Source: an uncultured Verrucomicrobia subdivision 3 bacterium (GTDB lineage: Bacteria; Verrucomicrobiota; Verrucomicrobiia; Limisphaerales; UBA11358). Taken from it: a DNA stretch of 64,000 bases. The position numbers and the translations under genes are program-made. Position 1 is the first letter of the stretch. Each line of letters begins with the position of its first letter. The stretch is from positions 32,752 to 96,751 of the forward strand of contig CAINLR010000183.1 in the NCBI GenBank assembly GCA_903850425.1, given 5' to 3'. The notes under the pieces are model-generated. The model had not been told where the DNA came from. It ran no database searches and saw only the letters and a program-made list of their open reading frames with translations. This document shows, piece after piece, positions 24,727 through 34,735 of the stretch.

Positions 24727-27700
24727 TTAGTAAGGCGACACCAGCCGGAAGAAGATGCTTGGGCTGGATGGATCGCAGGGCAACGCCAACTGGTTGGTGA
24801 GGTCTGAGTTCAGCACGGGGAACCAACCGCTGCCCAGTCCGCTGGTCAGCGAGTTGGTCTGCGCCTGCAGGAGCCAGCCCGTGTGATCCCCTGGCCAGGT
24901 GAGTTGCAGTTGATTGGCGTTGAATAAAACGCTGAGTTCCGTTGGCGCGGCCGACACGGGAAGCGCGCTGACTTGAATTGAGTTGGCACTCTCCGTCACG
25001 GCGTTCGTGGCGTTGGCCACATAGTAGTATCTCGTGCCATTGGTGAGTCCGAGGTCGGTGAAATTCAAGGTCGGCAAATTTGTTCCAACCAAGCTATAAG
25101 GTCCGCTGCTGGTCGTCGCGCGCCTGAGGTTGTAACCATTCGCCACCGGTGCGGCATTCCAGGTTAAGGCGGCTTGCGCATCGCCGCGCGTGGCGGCCAG
25201 CCCGGTGGGCGCGGCCAGCGGCGTGACGAAACTCGCCACATCCGAGGCGCTCAAGGTGCCGTTGTAGATGCGGAAGTCATCCACGGCGGCATTCAAATAT
25301 GGGTCGGAATACTGGGAGCGACCAATCCAGTTCTGCGTAGTGTTCCCCAAGTCGGCGGGAGTTAAGGTGATGGCATTGTTAGTTCCCACGGCCACGCCGT
25401 CCAGATAGAGAATGCCGCAGCCCGCACCCAGGGTGACGGCGACATGATGCCAGACGCCGGTCGTGAGCGTAGTGTTGTAGTTGATCTGCTGTTCGCCCGC
25501 GCCGGCCGTGGTGGTGATGGCAAAGCGCAACGTGTTGCCACTGCCGACTGGCGACAGAAACATATAGTTGGTCATGCCCGTGCCGAAATCAAAAACGCGC
25601 GCCCAAGCGCCGTTGGTATTTAATTTCACCCAGGCGGTGATGGAAAAACCGGAGAGATTACTGACGACTCCATTTGGCAGGCTGACATAGTTGCTCCCGC
25701 TACTATTCAGACTAACCGCGTTGCCAGTATGTCCAGCAACCCACGTTGGGCCGTTCCGCAAGGTGCCCGCCCAGCCGTGCCCGGTGGCGTCGGCAGCGCT
25801 GGTGCCGGTCGCCTCATCGAACTTCAACTGCGCCAGCGCGGCGGGCTGGACGAGCAACTGCGCCAGCGAGTTGGTGTCGAGCCAGCCGTTGTAAAGCCGA
25901 ACCTCCTCGAGCACGCCGTTGTAAAACTTACCGGCGGCACCGGTCTGCAAACTGCCGAGCCGCAGAAACGGCGGGGCCACGCGCGCGCCGATGGGGCCAA
26001 CGGTATTCGTGTTGAGATTACCATCGAGGTATAGCGCCATCCGGCCGTCGAAGCCATTGCGCGTGGCGATGACCTGATGCCATTGGCCGTCGTTGACGGT
26101 GACGGTGGATTGCAGCGTCGTGTCAGGATTGCCGATGCCAAAGGCGATTTTCCCATTAAGCAGGGTGAGTCCGAAATCGTTCATCACCCCGGAGACTTCA
26201 CCATCCACCAAGCCGGCGCCGTTATACCAGTAGGAACCGAAGCCACCGCTCGAACTCGTCTTCATCCAAAGAGCTATCGTGAGGTAACTGCCCCCGCCAA
26301 TCGAGCGGGGAATTTGGACGTAGCTATCCACGCCGTTGAATTGCAGCGCTCGGGTGCCGAGCCGGCCCGCCACATAATTCGTGGCACTCGTGCTCGGCGT
26401 GCCGTCGTTACCATTGCCGCTGTTGTCCAAAGTATTTCCGTCGAGCGCATAGACCGCGCCCAGCGCGATGCCCGGCTGTGAGGGAAACCAGTTTTGTTCC
26501 GACGTGGCCGTGTTCGTGGCGAGGACCAACGCCGCGCCGGGGCTGGTTGCGGCGTTGGTAACCGCCACCACCAAACCGGCATTAACATTGATGAGTTTCC
26601 ACGCGCCATTGCCCAGCGGCCGGAGCTTGAATTGCTGCACCGGGAGACCATTGTAGTCCCATTGCTCCAGCATGGTGCCAGCGTTCGTGCCCCAGCCGGT
26701 ATCATCCCAGGCGAGTAGATTTCCGGGATTAGTGATCGTCCAGACATTGTTCCCCAAATCGTTGAACTTCCATTTCTGAGCCGGCCCACCGTTGAGACTA
26801 TTTTGCTGCAAGCCGATGCCATGCGCGGCGGCATTGCCGGGAATCTCCAGCGCGAGTCCACTCTTTTGATTGGATAGAGTATAAATTGATCCGGGCAAGA
26901 TCAGTTGCGCGCGGCCCACCAGCATCTGGTTATTGTTAGTATTACCACCGACCGTGATCTGCGAACTGACCAACTGGATGATGCCCTTGCCGTCGGCGGT
27001 CGGAATCATGCCCTGGCTCCAGCCGGTTAAGTTATTGCCGCCGCCCTGCCACTGGACCGGCGCTGGAATCATGGTCCAACTGCCTTGACCCAGGTTCTGG
27101 TTGATGAGGAGTTGACGGTCGGTGTTGGGGCTGTTTCGTAAGAACTGGCCGGAGATGATCAAGGTTCCATTCGGCCCGCCGGCGGGACTCCAAAGGATAT
27201 ATGGACACGCGCCGACATACGCACCGCTCGCGGTCTGCACGGGGGTGCCGAGGTCGGCGGGGCCGCTGCCCCAGTTTGTCCCATCGCTCGAGAACTTGAC
27301 ATACACCTGACTCCACCCGCCATAAGCGACCCCTTCATAGCTCATGATATATTGACCATTCGGCAGTCTGGCCGTGATGGCCATGCCCGGGCGCTTGACG
27401 CCGTCGGCGATGGCGCAAGCATAGAATTCGGCGCCCCATGTCAATCCACCATCCGGCGAAACGCGACCGCCGAGCAGTTGATTGTAGCCACTGGAAGCAA
27501 AGCGCTCATCCGAGTAGTAGCAGACCAGTTGACCGGCGCTGGTCGAGCCAAGGCGCGGTTCCCACAAGCCCAGATTCGTGCTTTGATCCGCCACGCCCCG
27601 ATACTGCCAGGTCACCCCGTGGTCCAGGCTATACCAAATTTCCATGCGATGGTTGTTGCCTGCACCGGGCGTTTCCGAATTGCCTGCACAGAGAATGGTC

Positions 27701-28119
27701 CCTGCCGGCAGATTGCCCATCGCCGCCGGCAGTTCGTATAAATCCGGTTCCGCCTTCATCACCCACCCGGTGGCTGAAACCATGACGGGCGCGGCAATTT
27801 GCACCCAGTTGAAGCCGTCGTCCGTGCTCTTGTAAATCCGGAAGTCATTCGGCCACGACTCAAAGGTGGCGATTAAGGTGCCATTGACGCTGCCGCTGTT
27901 CTGGAGGCGGATGATGCGGCCATAACGCGTGCCGCCGCCCACCAGCGAATCGGACGTGATTTTGGTGCCGGTAGGATAAGGCAGCACCGTGCCCATGTCA
28001 GAATCGGCGAAGCTGGCGGACACCCCGCCGAGACTCAGTGCGCCGCCGAGCAGGAGCAACTTCAGGGCTTTTCTTAGCAGGATGATGGCGGCGCGAATGC
28101 TTGTCATGGTGGCGTGCAT
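24727..28119 (-). CDS. Large secreted multidomain glycan-binding protein (BNR/sialidase-like propeller, ricin-B lectin, 2x LamG, FN3, C-terminal sorting-like domain)
   Basis: Signal peptide ...LLLLGGALSLGGVSASFA. Asp-boxes are STDDGFNW, SLDHGVTW, SPDGGLTW and SSDGTNW. The ricin-type motifs are QKWKF/QQFKL. The LamG-type modules are ...LYLDGNL...VRLYNGWL and ...LYLDGVAVG...FRIYNGTL. The FN3 module is LTWNAAPVANGYNLRRA...RYYYV. Confidence 0.75.
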   Translation of the reverse strand: MHATMTSIRAAIILLRKALKLLLLGGALSLGGVSASFADSDMGTVLPYPTGTKITSDSLVGGGTRYGRIIRLQNSGSVNGTLIATFESWPNDFRIYKSTDDGFNWVQIAAPVMVSATGWVMKAEPDLYELPAAMGNLPAGTILCAGNSETPGAGNNHRMEIWYSLDHGVTWQYRGVADQSTNLGLWEPRLGSTSAGQLVCYYSDERFASSGYNQLLGGRVSPDGGLTWGAEFYACAIADGVKRPGMAITARLPNGQYIMSYEGVAYGGWSQVYVKFSSDGTNWGSGPADLGTPVQTASGAYVGACPYILWSPAGGPNGTLIISGQFLRNSPNTDRQLLINQNLGQGSWTMIPAPVQWQGGGNNLTGWSQGMIPTADGKGIIQLVSSQITVGGNTNNNQMLVGRAQLILPGSIYTLSNQKSGLALEIPGNAAAHGIGLQQNSLNGGPAQKWKFNDLGNNVWTITNPGNLLAWDDTGWGTNAGTMLEQWDYNGLPVQQFKLRPLGNGAWKLINVNAGLVVAVTNAATSPGAALVLATNTATSEQNWFPSQPGIALGAVYALDGNTLDNSGNGNDGTPSTSATNYVAGRLGTRALQFNGVDSYVQIPRSIGGGSYLTIALWMKTSSSGGFGSYWYNGAGLVDGEVSGVMNDFGLTLLNGKIAFGIGNPDTTLQSTVTVNDGQWHQVIATRNGFDGRMALYLDGNLNTNTVGPIGARVAPPFLRLGSLQTGAAGKFYNGVLEEVRLYNGWLDTNSLAQLLVQPAALAQLKFDEATGTSAADATGHGWAGTLRNGPTWVAGHTGNAVSLNSSGSNYVSLPNGVVSNLSGFSITAWVKLNTNGAWARVFDFGTGMTNYMFLSPVGSGNTLRFAITTTAGAGEQQINYNTTLTTGVWHHVAVTLGAGCGILYLDGVAVGTNNAITLTPADLGNTTQNWIGRSQYSDPYLNAAVDDFRIYNGTLSASDVASFVTPLAAPTGLAATRGDAQAALTWNAAPVANGYNLRRATTSSGPYSLVGTNLPTLNFTDLGLTNGTRYYYVANATNAVTESANSIQVSALPVSAAPTELSVLFNANQLQLTWPGDHTGWLLQAQTNSLTSGLGSGWFPVLNSDLTNQLALPCDPSSPSIFFRLVSPY

Positions 28120-28181
28120 GAAAGCTTACTGCACGAAGGCGGGCCTGTCAGGTGGCATGAATTGGCCATAGCCAAGGGCCA

Positions 28182-28655
28182 TTAAATCTGTGTGTGTTTG
28201 GAATTGGATGGGCTGGCTCGTTCGCGTCCATCAGGTGATCTGCGTTGGACGTCGCTTCTGAAACGACGCGGCGGGAACCGCCACCAACTGCCGACCACCG
28301 CCAGGCCAAATAGAGAATAGCCAGCGATGAAAACCCACGCCGGGGCTTCGTAATAGAGCAGGCTTTGCAGCCAGTGCGCGATGAAGCCGCCGCCATAGGT
28401 CGCCTCACCGGCGCGTTCGCGGAGGTGCATCTCCAGCGTGGTCAGCGGGCAAGTGACGCCGAGCCACGCCTGCACGACGACCAGACCAATCCCGGCAAGA
28501 TGGAGGACTCGAAACCAGGGATTGCGAATCCAGTTCCAACTGCGGAATCCACCGATGGAGATCAACCCCAAGCCCGCCACGACCACCACGACAAAGGCCA
28601 CATGCGCGATGAGCACCAAGTCAGCCAACGCGTGATAGAGACCGGTGTGGGTCAT
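28182..28655 (-). CDS. DUF2784-like small membrane protein
   Basis: Start set at MTHTGLYHALADLVLIAHVAFVVVVVAGL (28655); the listed extension overlaps the upstream gene. It has 4 TMs, and the CPLTTLE motif is typical of the family as I recall it. Confidence 0.55.
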   Translation of the reverse strand: MTHTGLYHALADLVLIAHVAFVVVVVAGLGLISIGGFRSWNWIRNPWFRVLHLAGIGLVVVQAWLGVTCPLTTLEMHLRERAGEATYGGGFIAHWLQSLLYYEAPAWVFIAGYSLFGLAVVGSWWRFPPRRFRSDVQRRSPDGRERASPSNSKHTQI

Positions 28656-28657
28656 CT

Positions 28658-31600
28658 TCAATAGTTTGATTCGAGGAGTTTCACCGGCCCCATCAAACCG
28701 GATTTCAACAATGGAGTTTCCTTGGTGAACGGTTCCCACGAACTCCAGGTGAATCGCTGGGCCGCCGGCAGCGCGGCGTCGCCGATCATCCGGTTCGGCC
28801 ACAGGTTGGCGACGGAAATTTCCAGTCGGTTTTCGCCGCGCCGGAGCGCCTGAGTCACTTCCACTTGATACGGCTGCTTCCACGCGATGCCGCAATCCTG
28901 TCCGTTGAGCTTCACCCGCGCCATCACTTGCACTTCGCCGAGCGCAAGGAGGAATTTTGAAGTTTTCATTTCTGGTTTTGCGCCTTGGAAACTAAATGTC
29001 GTTGCATATGTCGCCGTGCCGGAGAAATGTTTCACGCCGTCGTCCGCCACGTCGCTCCATGAAACCAAGTTGGTCAGCATTACCTCTGCCGGTGCGCCCC
29101 GCTTGGGCGGAAAACTCAACTGCCACGGCCCGGTGATTTCTCTGGGTGACACGACCGTAGTGATTTCGGCGCGGCTCGTCCGGCCGGAAGCGGTGGTCCA
29201 TTCGTAGTTGCCTGGTTCATGGGCGACGAGATGCAAATGACTGGCGGAATCGCCGACGATCTCCGCCGGCCGCTCGGGTGCCGACACCACGGGCTGGAGG
29301 CTGACGGTTTCAGGATCTTTGCCAGACGCTTGCAAGGTCTTTCCATCCACGGAGTATTCCACGGAAAAAGTTTTCACCACGCCGTAAGCCGGATCGCCTG
29401 CCCCAGCCAGTTCCGCGACCTGAAAAGTAGTCTGGCCGTCATTGACCATGGTCTGCACTTGGGCGCGCACATCCCGCGTGCGCTGGGCATCGCCGGGCAC
29501 GCCATAGGTGGCGCGTTGAATCTCCAAGCGGGCCGAGGCCGCGAGCGGCTCCGGCACAGACTGACCGTTGCGCCGTAAACTCACGACGGGATCAAAGCCT
29601 TGGGTGCTTTGGCGGAAGACGATGAAGGCCGACGCACTTGGCTCAAAACGCCATGGCACCGTGATGGCGGTTGAGGTTTTCTCGTAAGTCGCCAGCGGAG
29701 AAATGGCACCCGTCTCAGGATTCCACAATTCCGGTCGCAATCCTCGCACACGAAACGTGCAGCGGGTTTCCACGGCGACACCGGCGGGGTTCGCCACGAA
29801 ATAAATCTCCGCGCCATCCAATTGACGGTGAATCCAGTTCAAGCTGACGTTCGCGGTGAAATCTGCCGACGCATGCAAGCCTGCCAGAACGGTGGTCAGC
29901 GGCTGGCCCAAAATGAGTTTACCTTTGCCAAGAGTGTGAGCGGTCACCGTCTTGCCGTCACAATCGCCCCAGACTTCACGGCCAAGCTGGATCACCTGGT
30001 CGTCGCACTGGGGAAAGCCCTGCAAACTCGGCGAGGTGGTGGGGCTTTGCGTGCTGGCCAGAACGGTGGCCCCAGCAGAAACCAGGTCGCGAATTTTCCG
30101 GGCCAGCGCCGGCGTCATGTTCTTTTCCGACGGGAGCACCAGCACGCGATAATTGATTCCGTCGGGTAGCACGAGCCTCCCCTTTTTGACGGACACGCGC
30201 TGCATCAAAGCTTCCGCGCTGATTTCGTCAAACCGATAACCAAGCGGCGGCGGCGGGTTGGGATTGAAGTAAGTCTGGTTGGGCGCTTCGGGCCGCAGGT
30301 AGAGCAGGTCGGCCACAAATTTTCCCTGGCGCAGCAGGAACTGGCAGCGGGCCAGATACGCGTGCCACGCGCCGGACATTTCCCACCAGGTCTGCGTGCG
30401 CTCGTAGTGCAGCCCCCACGGCCCCATCGTCGCACCGGGCACGCGGTCGAGATATGGCTGGTGCGCGTAGCGATGGACCACGAATCGGTTTATGCCCTGC
30501 GCAAACTCGAAGTCACCCAGCGCCTTGATATCCGCGGGCGTGAGCTTCCACATCTCATTGTCGCCGGAGGTGAACGCCTCCGCCCCGACAATCGCGCGGC
30601 CATAGACATGCGCCACCGACGCCATCTGCGCGGCCTTGCGATACGTTTCGTTCTGGCCCGGCCGGGTGGCGGTCCAAAATTCCGACATCGGCTCATCGGC
30701 GCGCGCGGTGAAAGTGAACTCGTCGCCGAACGGCAAATTATAACCTTCCAACGAATAGCGCAGCCCGTGCTGATGCGCCAGCTCGCCCAGCCTTCCGGAA
30801 TAATTCTCCGCCAGCAGCTCGGCAATGGTCTGGTTGAAATCCCAGCGGAACCGCGCGGTCGCTGCCGCATCGCCAAGCATAATCGCCTTCTTATGGTCGC
30901 TCACTCCGGCTCGCAGCGTATCGGTCAGGCACGGCAGCCACGGCAGCGGATCGTAGCCGCGCCGCTGCAAAAACTCCGCGCGGAATTTCGGCGTCCAGTT
31001 CTGGCTCCCCACTTCCCAACTGTCAATGTGCGTGGCGGTGAGTGACTTGCCCGCGAGCGGCCCAGCCGTCTGGATGAGCTTGGCCATCATGCCGGCAAAA
31101 TGCGCGTCGATCCCGGCCCGACTGAGCTTGTCGCACTCCAGGCCATTGCCGCCCGCCACCGGCGGACGCGTCGAGGAACCGGTCGGTGTGTGGCCGATGC
31201 GCTGCAGCACCCACTCGCCCGGTGGCACGGCCCATGTCAATTTCCCATCCGCCATCAACTGTTTGCTTAAATTCACCACCGCGCTGGTGGCGACCACCTG
31301 ATTCGTCGTCGCCGGAAAAGCCAGCAGCGCGATGTCGGCGTAGTAGTCCTTGAATAGAACTTGGGAATCAAAGCCGTCGCGGTTGCGATTGCCAAAGTTC
31401 GGCACTGGCAGAGCCATGGAAAGATTCGTCGGACCGGTCACCACCAGATTCGTCCAGACGAGTTTCTGCATGGACAACTCGGGCGTGATCCACGGCCCGC
31501 TGCTGCCGCACCAACCCGGCCCGTTGGCCATGTTGATTTCCAAGCCGAGACGCGCGGCCTCTGACACCGAGAATTGAAACAGCCGCTGCCATTCCGGATT

Positions 31601-31864
31601 CATGAATTCAGCGGAGCCGCGCGGCGGCGCGAACCGTTCCAGCACGTCCATGATGAGCACGCCGCCGATGCCCACGCGCCGCATTGCTTCGAGGTCGGCG
31701 GTGATGCCGTTGGAGGTGACATTGCCGTTGTTCCAAAACCAATAGACCCACGGCCGCGCGAAATCTGGCGGCTGCTGAAACTGTTTTGCCGTCCCATCCA
31801 GCGGTTTCGCCGGCAGCGAAAAAATCGCCGCCGCCCAAGTCATCAGGACCAATAATCGCTGCAT
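28658..31864 (-). CDS. Secreted glycoside hydrolase (GH106-like / jelly-roll glycosyl hydrolase family; specificity unknown)
   Basis: Start set at MQRLLVLMTWAAAIFSLPA (signal peptide). The N-terminal PWVYWFWNNGNVTSNGITADLEAMRRVGIGGVLIMDV and the C-terminal sugar-binding-type module (FSGTATYATTF ... VKLNGQDCGIAWKQPYQVEV ... ISVANLWPNRMIGD) match this large hydrolase family from memory. Confidence 0.6.
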   Translation of the reverse strand: MQRLLVLMTWAAAIFSLPAKPLDGTAKQFQQPPDFARPWVYWFWNNGNVTSNGITADLEAMRRVGIGGVLIMDVLERFAPPRGSAEFMNPEWQRLFQFSVSEAARLGLEINMANGPGWCGSSGPWITPELSMQKLVWTNLVVTGPTNLSMALPVPNFGNRNRDGFDSQVLFKDYYADIALLAFPATTNQVVATSAVVNLSKQLMADGKLTWAVPPGEWVLQRIGHTPTGSSTRPPVAGGNGLECDKLSRAGIDAHFAGMMAKLIQTAGPLAGKSLTATHIDSWEVGSQNWTPKFRAEFLQRRGYDPLPWLPCLTDTLRAGVSDHKKAIMLGDAAATARFRWDFNQTIAELLAENYSGRLGELAHQHGLRYSLEGYNLPFGDEFTFTARADEPMSEFWTATRPGQNETYRKAAQMASVAHVYGRAIVGAEAFTSGDNEMWKLTPADIKALGDFEFAQGINRFVVHRYAHQPYLDRVPGATMGPWGLHYERTQTWWEMSGAWHAYLARCQFLLRQGKFVADLLYLRPEAPNQTYFNPNPPPPLGYRFDEISAEALMQRVSVKKGRLVLPDGINYRVLVLPSEKNMTPALARKIRDLVSAGATVLASTQSPTTSPSLQGFPQCDDQVIQLGREVWGDCDGKTVTAHTLGKGKLILGQPLTTVLAGLHASADFTANVSLNWIHRQLDGAEIYFVANPAGVAVETRCTFRVRGLRPELWNPETGAISPLATYEKTSTAITVPWRFEPSASAFIVFRQSTQGFDPVVSLRRNGQSVPEPLAASARLEIQRATYGVPGDAQRTRDVRAQVQTMVNDGQTTFQVAELAGAGDPAYGVVKTFSVEYSVDGKTLQASGKDPETVSLQPVVSAPERPAEIVGDSASHLHLVAHEPGNYEWTTASGRTSRAEITTVVSPREITGPWQLSFPPKRGAPAEVMLTNLVSWSDVADDGVKHFSGTATYATTFSFQGAKPEMKTSKFLLALGEVQVMARVKLNGQDCGIAWKQPYQVEVTQALRRGENRLEISVANLWPNRMIGDAALPAAQRFTWSSWEPFTKETPLLKSGLMGPVKLLESNY

Positions 31865-32106
31865 AATATCAAGTTGTTGCGGCCAGATTGTAAACGATTC
31901 ACCGGCGACTGCACTGACAAATACCCGGTGCGGGCCGACGCAATCATCAATGCATTCGAATAAATCCCCTTTGGCTTGCTCCGAACCACCGAACCGGATA
32001 TTGCTGAGGGCATGGGTTTGCACGGTGGTTGCGCTGGTTGCAACCGCACGGTTTGCAACCGGTATTCATCAGCCGAACGATCGTAATTATCCGTGGTTAA
32101 TTTCCT

Positions 32107-32847
32107 GTGAGCATCGCCCCAGAAAACATCACCGCCGTCATCCTGGCCGGCGGCTTTGGCACACGCATCAAACATCTGCTGGGCGATCTGCCCAAGCCGA
32201 TGGCCCCGGTGAACGGCAAGCCGTTTGTCGAATGGGTGGTCCGCTATCTCGCCGCGCAGGGTATCCGCAATGTCATCCTCTCCACCGGCTACCTCGCAGC
32301 GACGGTGGAAAATCATTTTGCGCCGCAACCGGTGAAAAATGTCCGCGTCACCGGCGTGCCGGAAACCACGCCGCTCGGAACGGCGGGCGGTTTTCTGAAT
32401 GCAGCACAGAGCACGGAAAAAAATCCGGAAGCCTGGCTCGTGCTGAATGGCGATTCGCTGGCGGTAGCGCCTCTCGAAAAATTGTTCCGATCACTCGACC
32501 AACCGGAAATCGCCGGCGGCATCCTCGGTGTGCCGATGGCGGACGCCTCGCGTTTCGGCACTCTTTCGCAGAATGCGCAGGGCGAACTGGCGGGTTTCAA
32601 CGAAAAGAAACCAGGCGCGGGCAACATCAACGCCGGTGTGTATCTTTTCCGCGCAGACACGCTGAAAGAGTTTCCTGCGAAGTCGCCGCTGAGTTTCGAG
32701 ACCGACGTGTTTCCCGCGTTGATCGGCAGCAGGGTGCGCTTGAAAACGATCGTGAGCGACGCGCCTTTCCTCGACATCGGCACGCCCGACTCGCTGCCAC
32801 AGGCGGAAGATTTCGTTCGAAATAATCTCGCGCACTTTGCGCTCTGA
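32107..32847 (+). CDS. Sugar-1-phosphate nucleotidyltransferase (HddC / mannose-1-P guanylyltransferase-like)
   Basis: GTG start. Motifs are AVILAGGFGTRIKHLLGDLPKPMAPVNGKPF and NAGVYLF. Confidence 0.8.
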   Translation: MSIAPENITAVILAGGFGTRIKHLLGDLPKPMAPVNGKPFVEWVVRYLAAQGIRNVILSTGYLAATVENHFAPQPVKNVRVTGVPETTPLGTAGGFLNAAQSTEKNPEAWLVLNGDSLAVAPLEKLFRSLDQPEIAGGILGVPMADASRFGTLSQNAQGELAGFNEKKPGAGNINAGVYLFRADTLKEFPAKSPLSFETDVFPALIGSRVRLKTIVSDAPFLDIGTPDSLPQAEDFVRNNLAHFAL

Positions 32848-32853
32848 TCCGTT

Positions 32854-33372
32854 ATGGCCACTCCCAATCCCGAACGCAAAACCGTTTTCGCCACGCCGTG
32901 GTTCCAGGTGCTGGAAGCGCCCAGTGGCGGCAAGCACCCGAATTATTCCATCAACTCGCCGGACTTCGTCTGCATCATCGCGGTGACGGAGAACCATGAA
33001 TTACTGCTGGTCCGGCAGTTTCGTCATGCGGTCGGCACGTTCACGCTGGAACTGCCGGCCGGCCACGTCGAAAAGGACGAAACGCCGGTGCAGGCGGCGC
33101 GCAAGGAATTGCTCGAAGAGACAGGTTATGTGGCGGACACCTTTGAGTTGATCGCCGACCTGTCGCCCTCGCCGGCGCGGTTCACGAACCGGATGTGGTG
33201 CTATTTTGCCGCGAACGCCCGACGTGCTCCCGAGGCTGAACTGGAGGCCGGTATGAGTTGCGTTCTGCACACGCAAGGACTGCCAGCGCTGCTTCGCGAA
33301 CCAGATTTTTACAGCATGGGCAACTGGGCGGCAATCATGGCGGCGGTGGCCCAGGGAAAGCTGCAGCTGTGA
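32854..33372 (+). CDS. NUDIX hydrolase (NDP-sugar hydrolase candidate)
   Basis: Nudix box GHVEKDETPVQAARKELLEETGY. Confidence 0.85.
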   Translation: MATPNPERKTVFATPWFQVLEAPSGGKHPNYSINSPDFVCIIAVTENHELLLVRQFRHAVGTFTLELPAGHVEKDETPVQAARKELLEETGYVADTFELIADLSPSPARFTNRMWCYFAANARRAPEAELEAGMSCVLHTQGLPALLREPDFYSMGNWAAIMAAVAQGKLQL

Positions 33373-33383
33373 GTTTTTTTTTA

Positions 33384-33452
33384 CCACGAAACACACGAAC
33401 TACACGAAAGAATTTGCCCAGACCATTTTCGGGTGGTTCGTGTATTTCGTGG
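33384..33452. repeat. Intergenic 17-bp inverted repeat built from cacgaa units
   Basis: ccacgaaacacacgaac (33384-33400) against gttcgtgtatttcgtgg (33436-33452) is complementary at 16/17. The left arm region contains cacgaa three times, and a T9 run (33372-33382) precedes it. Confidence 0.65.
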
Positions 33453-33532
33453 TTGGCGCTTCCCGCTTTCCGCTTGTGGCAAAATTTCGCAGCCGTTAGC
33501 TTTCGCCACAACACAATCTTGAATCCGCAACC

Positions 33533-34606
33533 ATGATCATCAGCAGAACTCCATTTCGCATCTCGTTTTTTGGCGGCGGCACGGATTACCCGGCGTGGTA
33601 TCGGCAGCACGGCGGCGCGGTGCTGGCGGCGACCATCAACAAGTATTGCTACCTGACGTGCCGTTACCTGCCGCCGTTTTTTGAGCACCGCATCCGCGTC
33701 GTCTATTCCAAGATCGAGAACTGTCAGAAGCCGGAGGAAATTCAGCATCCATCGGCGCGCGAGACGCTGCGCTTTTTGAAAATCGCGCGCGGCATTGAAA
33801 TTCATCACGACGGCGATTTGCCCGGTCGCAGCGGCATGGGCTCGAGTTCGGCGTTTACCGTCGGGTTGTTGAACGCGCTTTACGCCTTGCAAGGTCGCGC
33901 GGTTGGCAAAAAGCAGCTCGCCTCGGAGAGCATCCACATCGAGCAGGACATCTTGAAAGAAATGGTCGGCTCACAGGATCAGGTCTGCGCGGCTTACGGC
34001 GGCTTGAACCGCATCAGCTTTCTGCAGAACGGCGAATTTTCGGTGCAGCCCATGACGCTGACGCATGAGCGGGTGGAGGAATTGACCTCGCATCTGATGC
34101 TGTTTTACACCGGCATCAAGCGCACAGCGGCTTCGGTGGCGACGAGTTTTGTGCCGAGCATCACCGAGCGCTCGGCATTGCTGAACAAGATGCGCGACTG
34201 CGTGGACCAAGGCTGTGAAATCCTAAACGGCAACGGCGACCTAGCGCCGTTCGGCGACCTGCTGCATGAGGCGTGGCTCGCGAAGCGCGGTTTGAGCGAC
34301 AAGATTTCCAACGAGCAAGTGGATGCGGCTTACGATGCCGCCCGGGCGGCGGGCGCGCTTGGCGGAAAGCTGCTGGGCGCGGGCGGTGGCGGATTTTTGC
34401 TGGTATTCGCCCCACCGGCTAAACACGCCAAGATCAAGAAACAGTTGAACCGGCTGATTCACGCGCCCTTCAAGTTCGAGTTCGGCGGCAGCCAGGTGAT
34501 TTTCCACGAATTGGAGGAAGATTATTCAGCGCATGACAAGGCCCGCGACAAACAACAGATCGAGGCGTTCCGTGAGTTGGACGCGAGTGCGCCGGGGGCG
34601 AGCTGA
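33533..34606 (+). CDS. GHMP-family sugar kinase (HddA / D-glycero-D-manno-heptose-7-phosphate kinase-like)
   Basis: MIISRTPFRISFFGGGTDYPAWY, GHMP motif GDLPGRSGMGSSSAFTVG, and C-terminal GGKLLGAGGGGFLL. Confidence 0.8.
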   Translation: MIISRTPFRISFFGGGTDYPAWYRQHGGAVLAATINKYCYLTCRYLPPFFEHRIRVVYSKIENCQKPEEIQHPSARETLRFLKIARGIEIHHDGDLPGRSGMGSSSAFTVGLLNALYALQGRAVGKKQLASESIHIEQDILKEMVGSQDQVCAAYGGLNRISFLQNGEFSVQPMTLTHERVEELTSHLMLFYTGIKRTAASVATSFVPSITERSALLNKMRDCVDQGCEILNGNGDLAPFGDLLHEAWLAKRGLSDKISNEQVDAAYDAARAAGALGGKLLGAGGGGFLLVFAPPAKHAKIKKQLNRLIHAPFKFEFGGSQVIFHELEEDYSAHDKARDKQQIEAFRELDASAPGAS

Positions 34607-34735
34607 ATTGTCTTTGGCCACTTATTTTTTCCCTCGCCCCTCCGCAGGCGAGGGAAGCCGGAAAAACTCCGCCCAACCCGTTTTGCCCGCGTCAAAACTT
34701 GACCCCATTCCATTGCTGCGGCAAGCTATCCGCTC

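Noticed and set aside
34631-34654. Hairpin ccctcgcc-N8-ggcgaggg after the GHMP kinase gene, considered as a rho-independent terminator.
   Set aside because: The T-run (ttatttttt) lies upstream of the stem on the plus strand, not downstream. It does not fit an intrinsic terminator for the plus-strand operon, and there is no minus-strand gene to terminate. It was kept only as one of several GC-rich intergenic palindromes.
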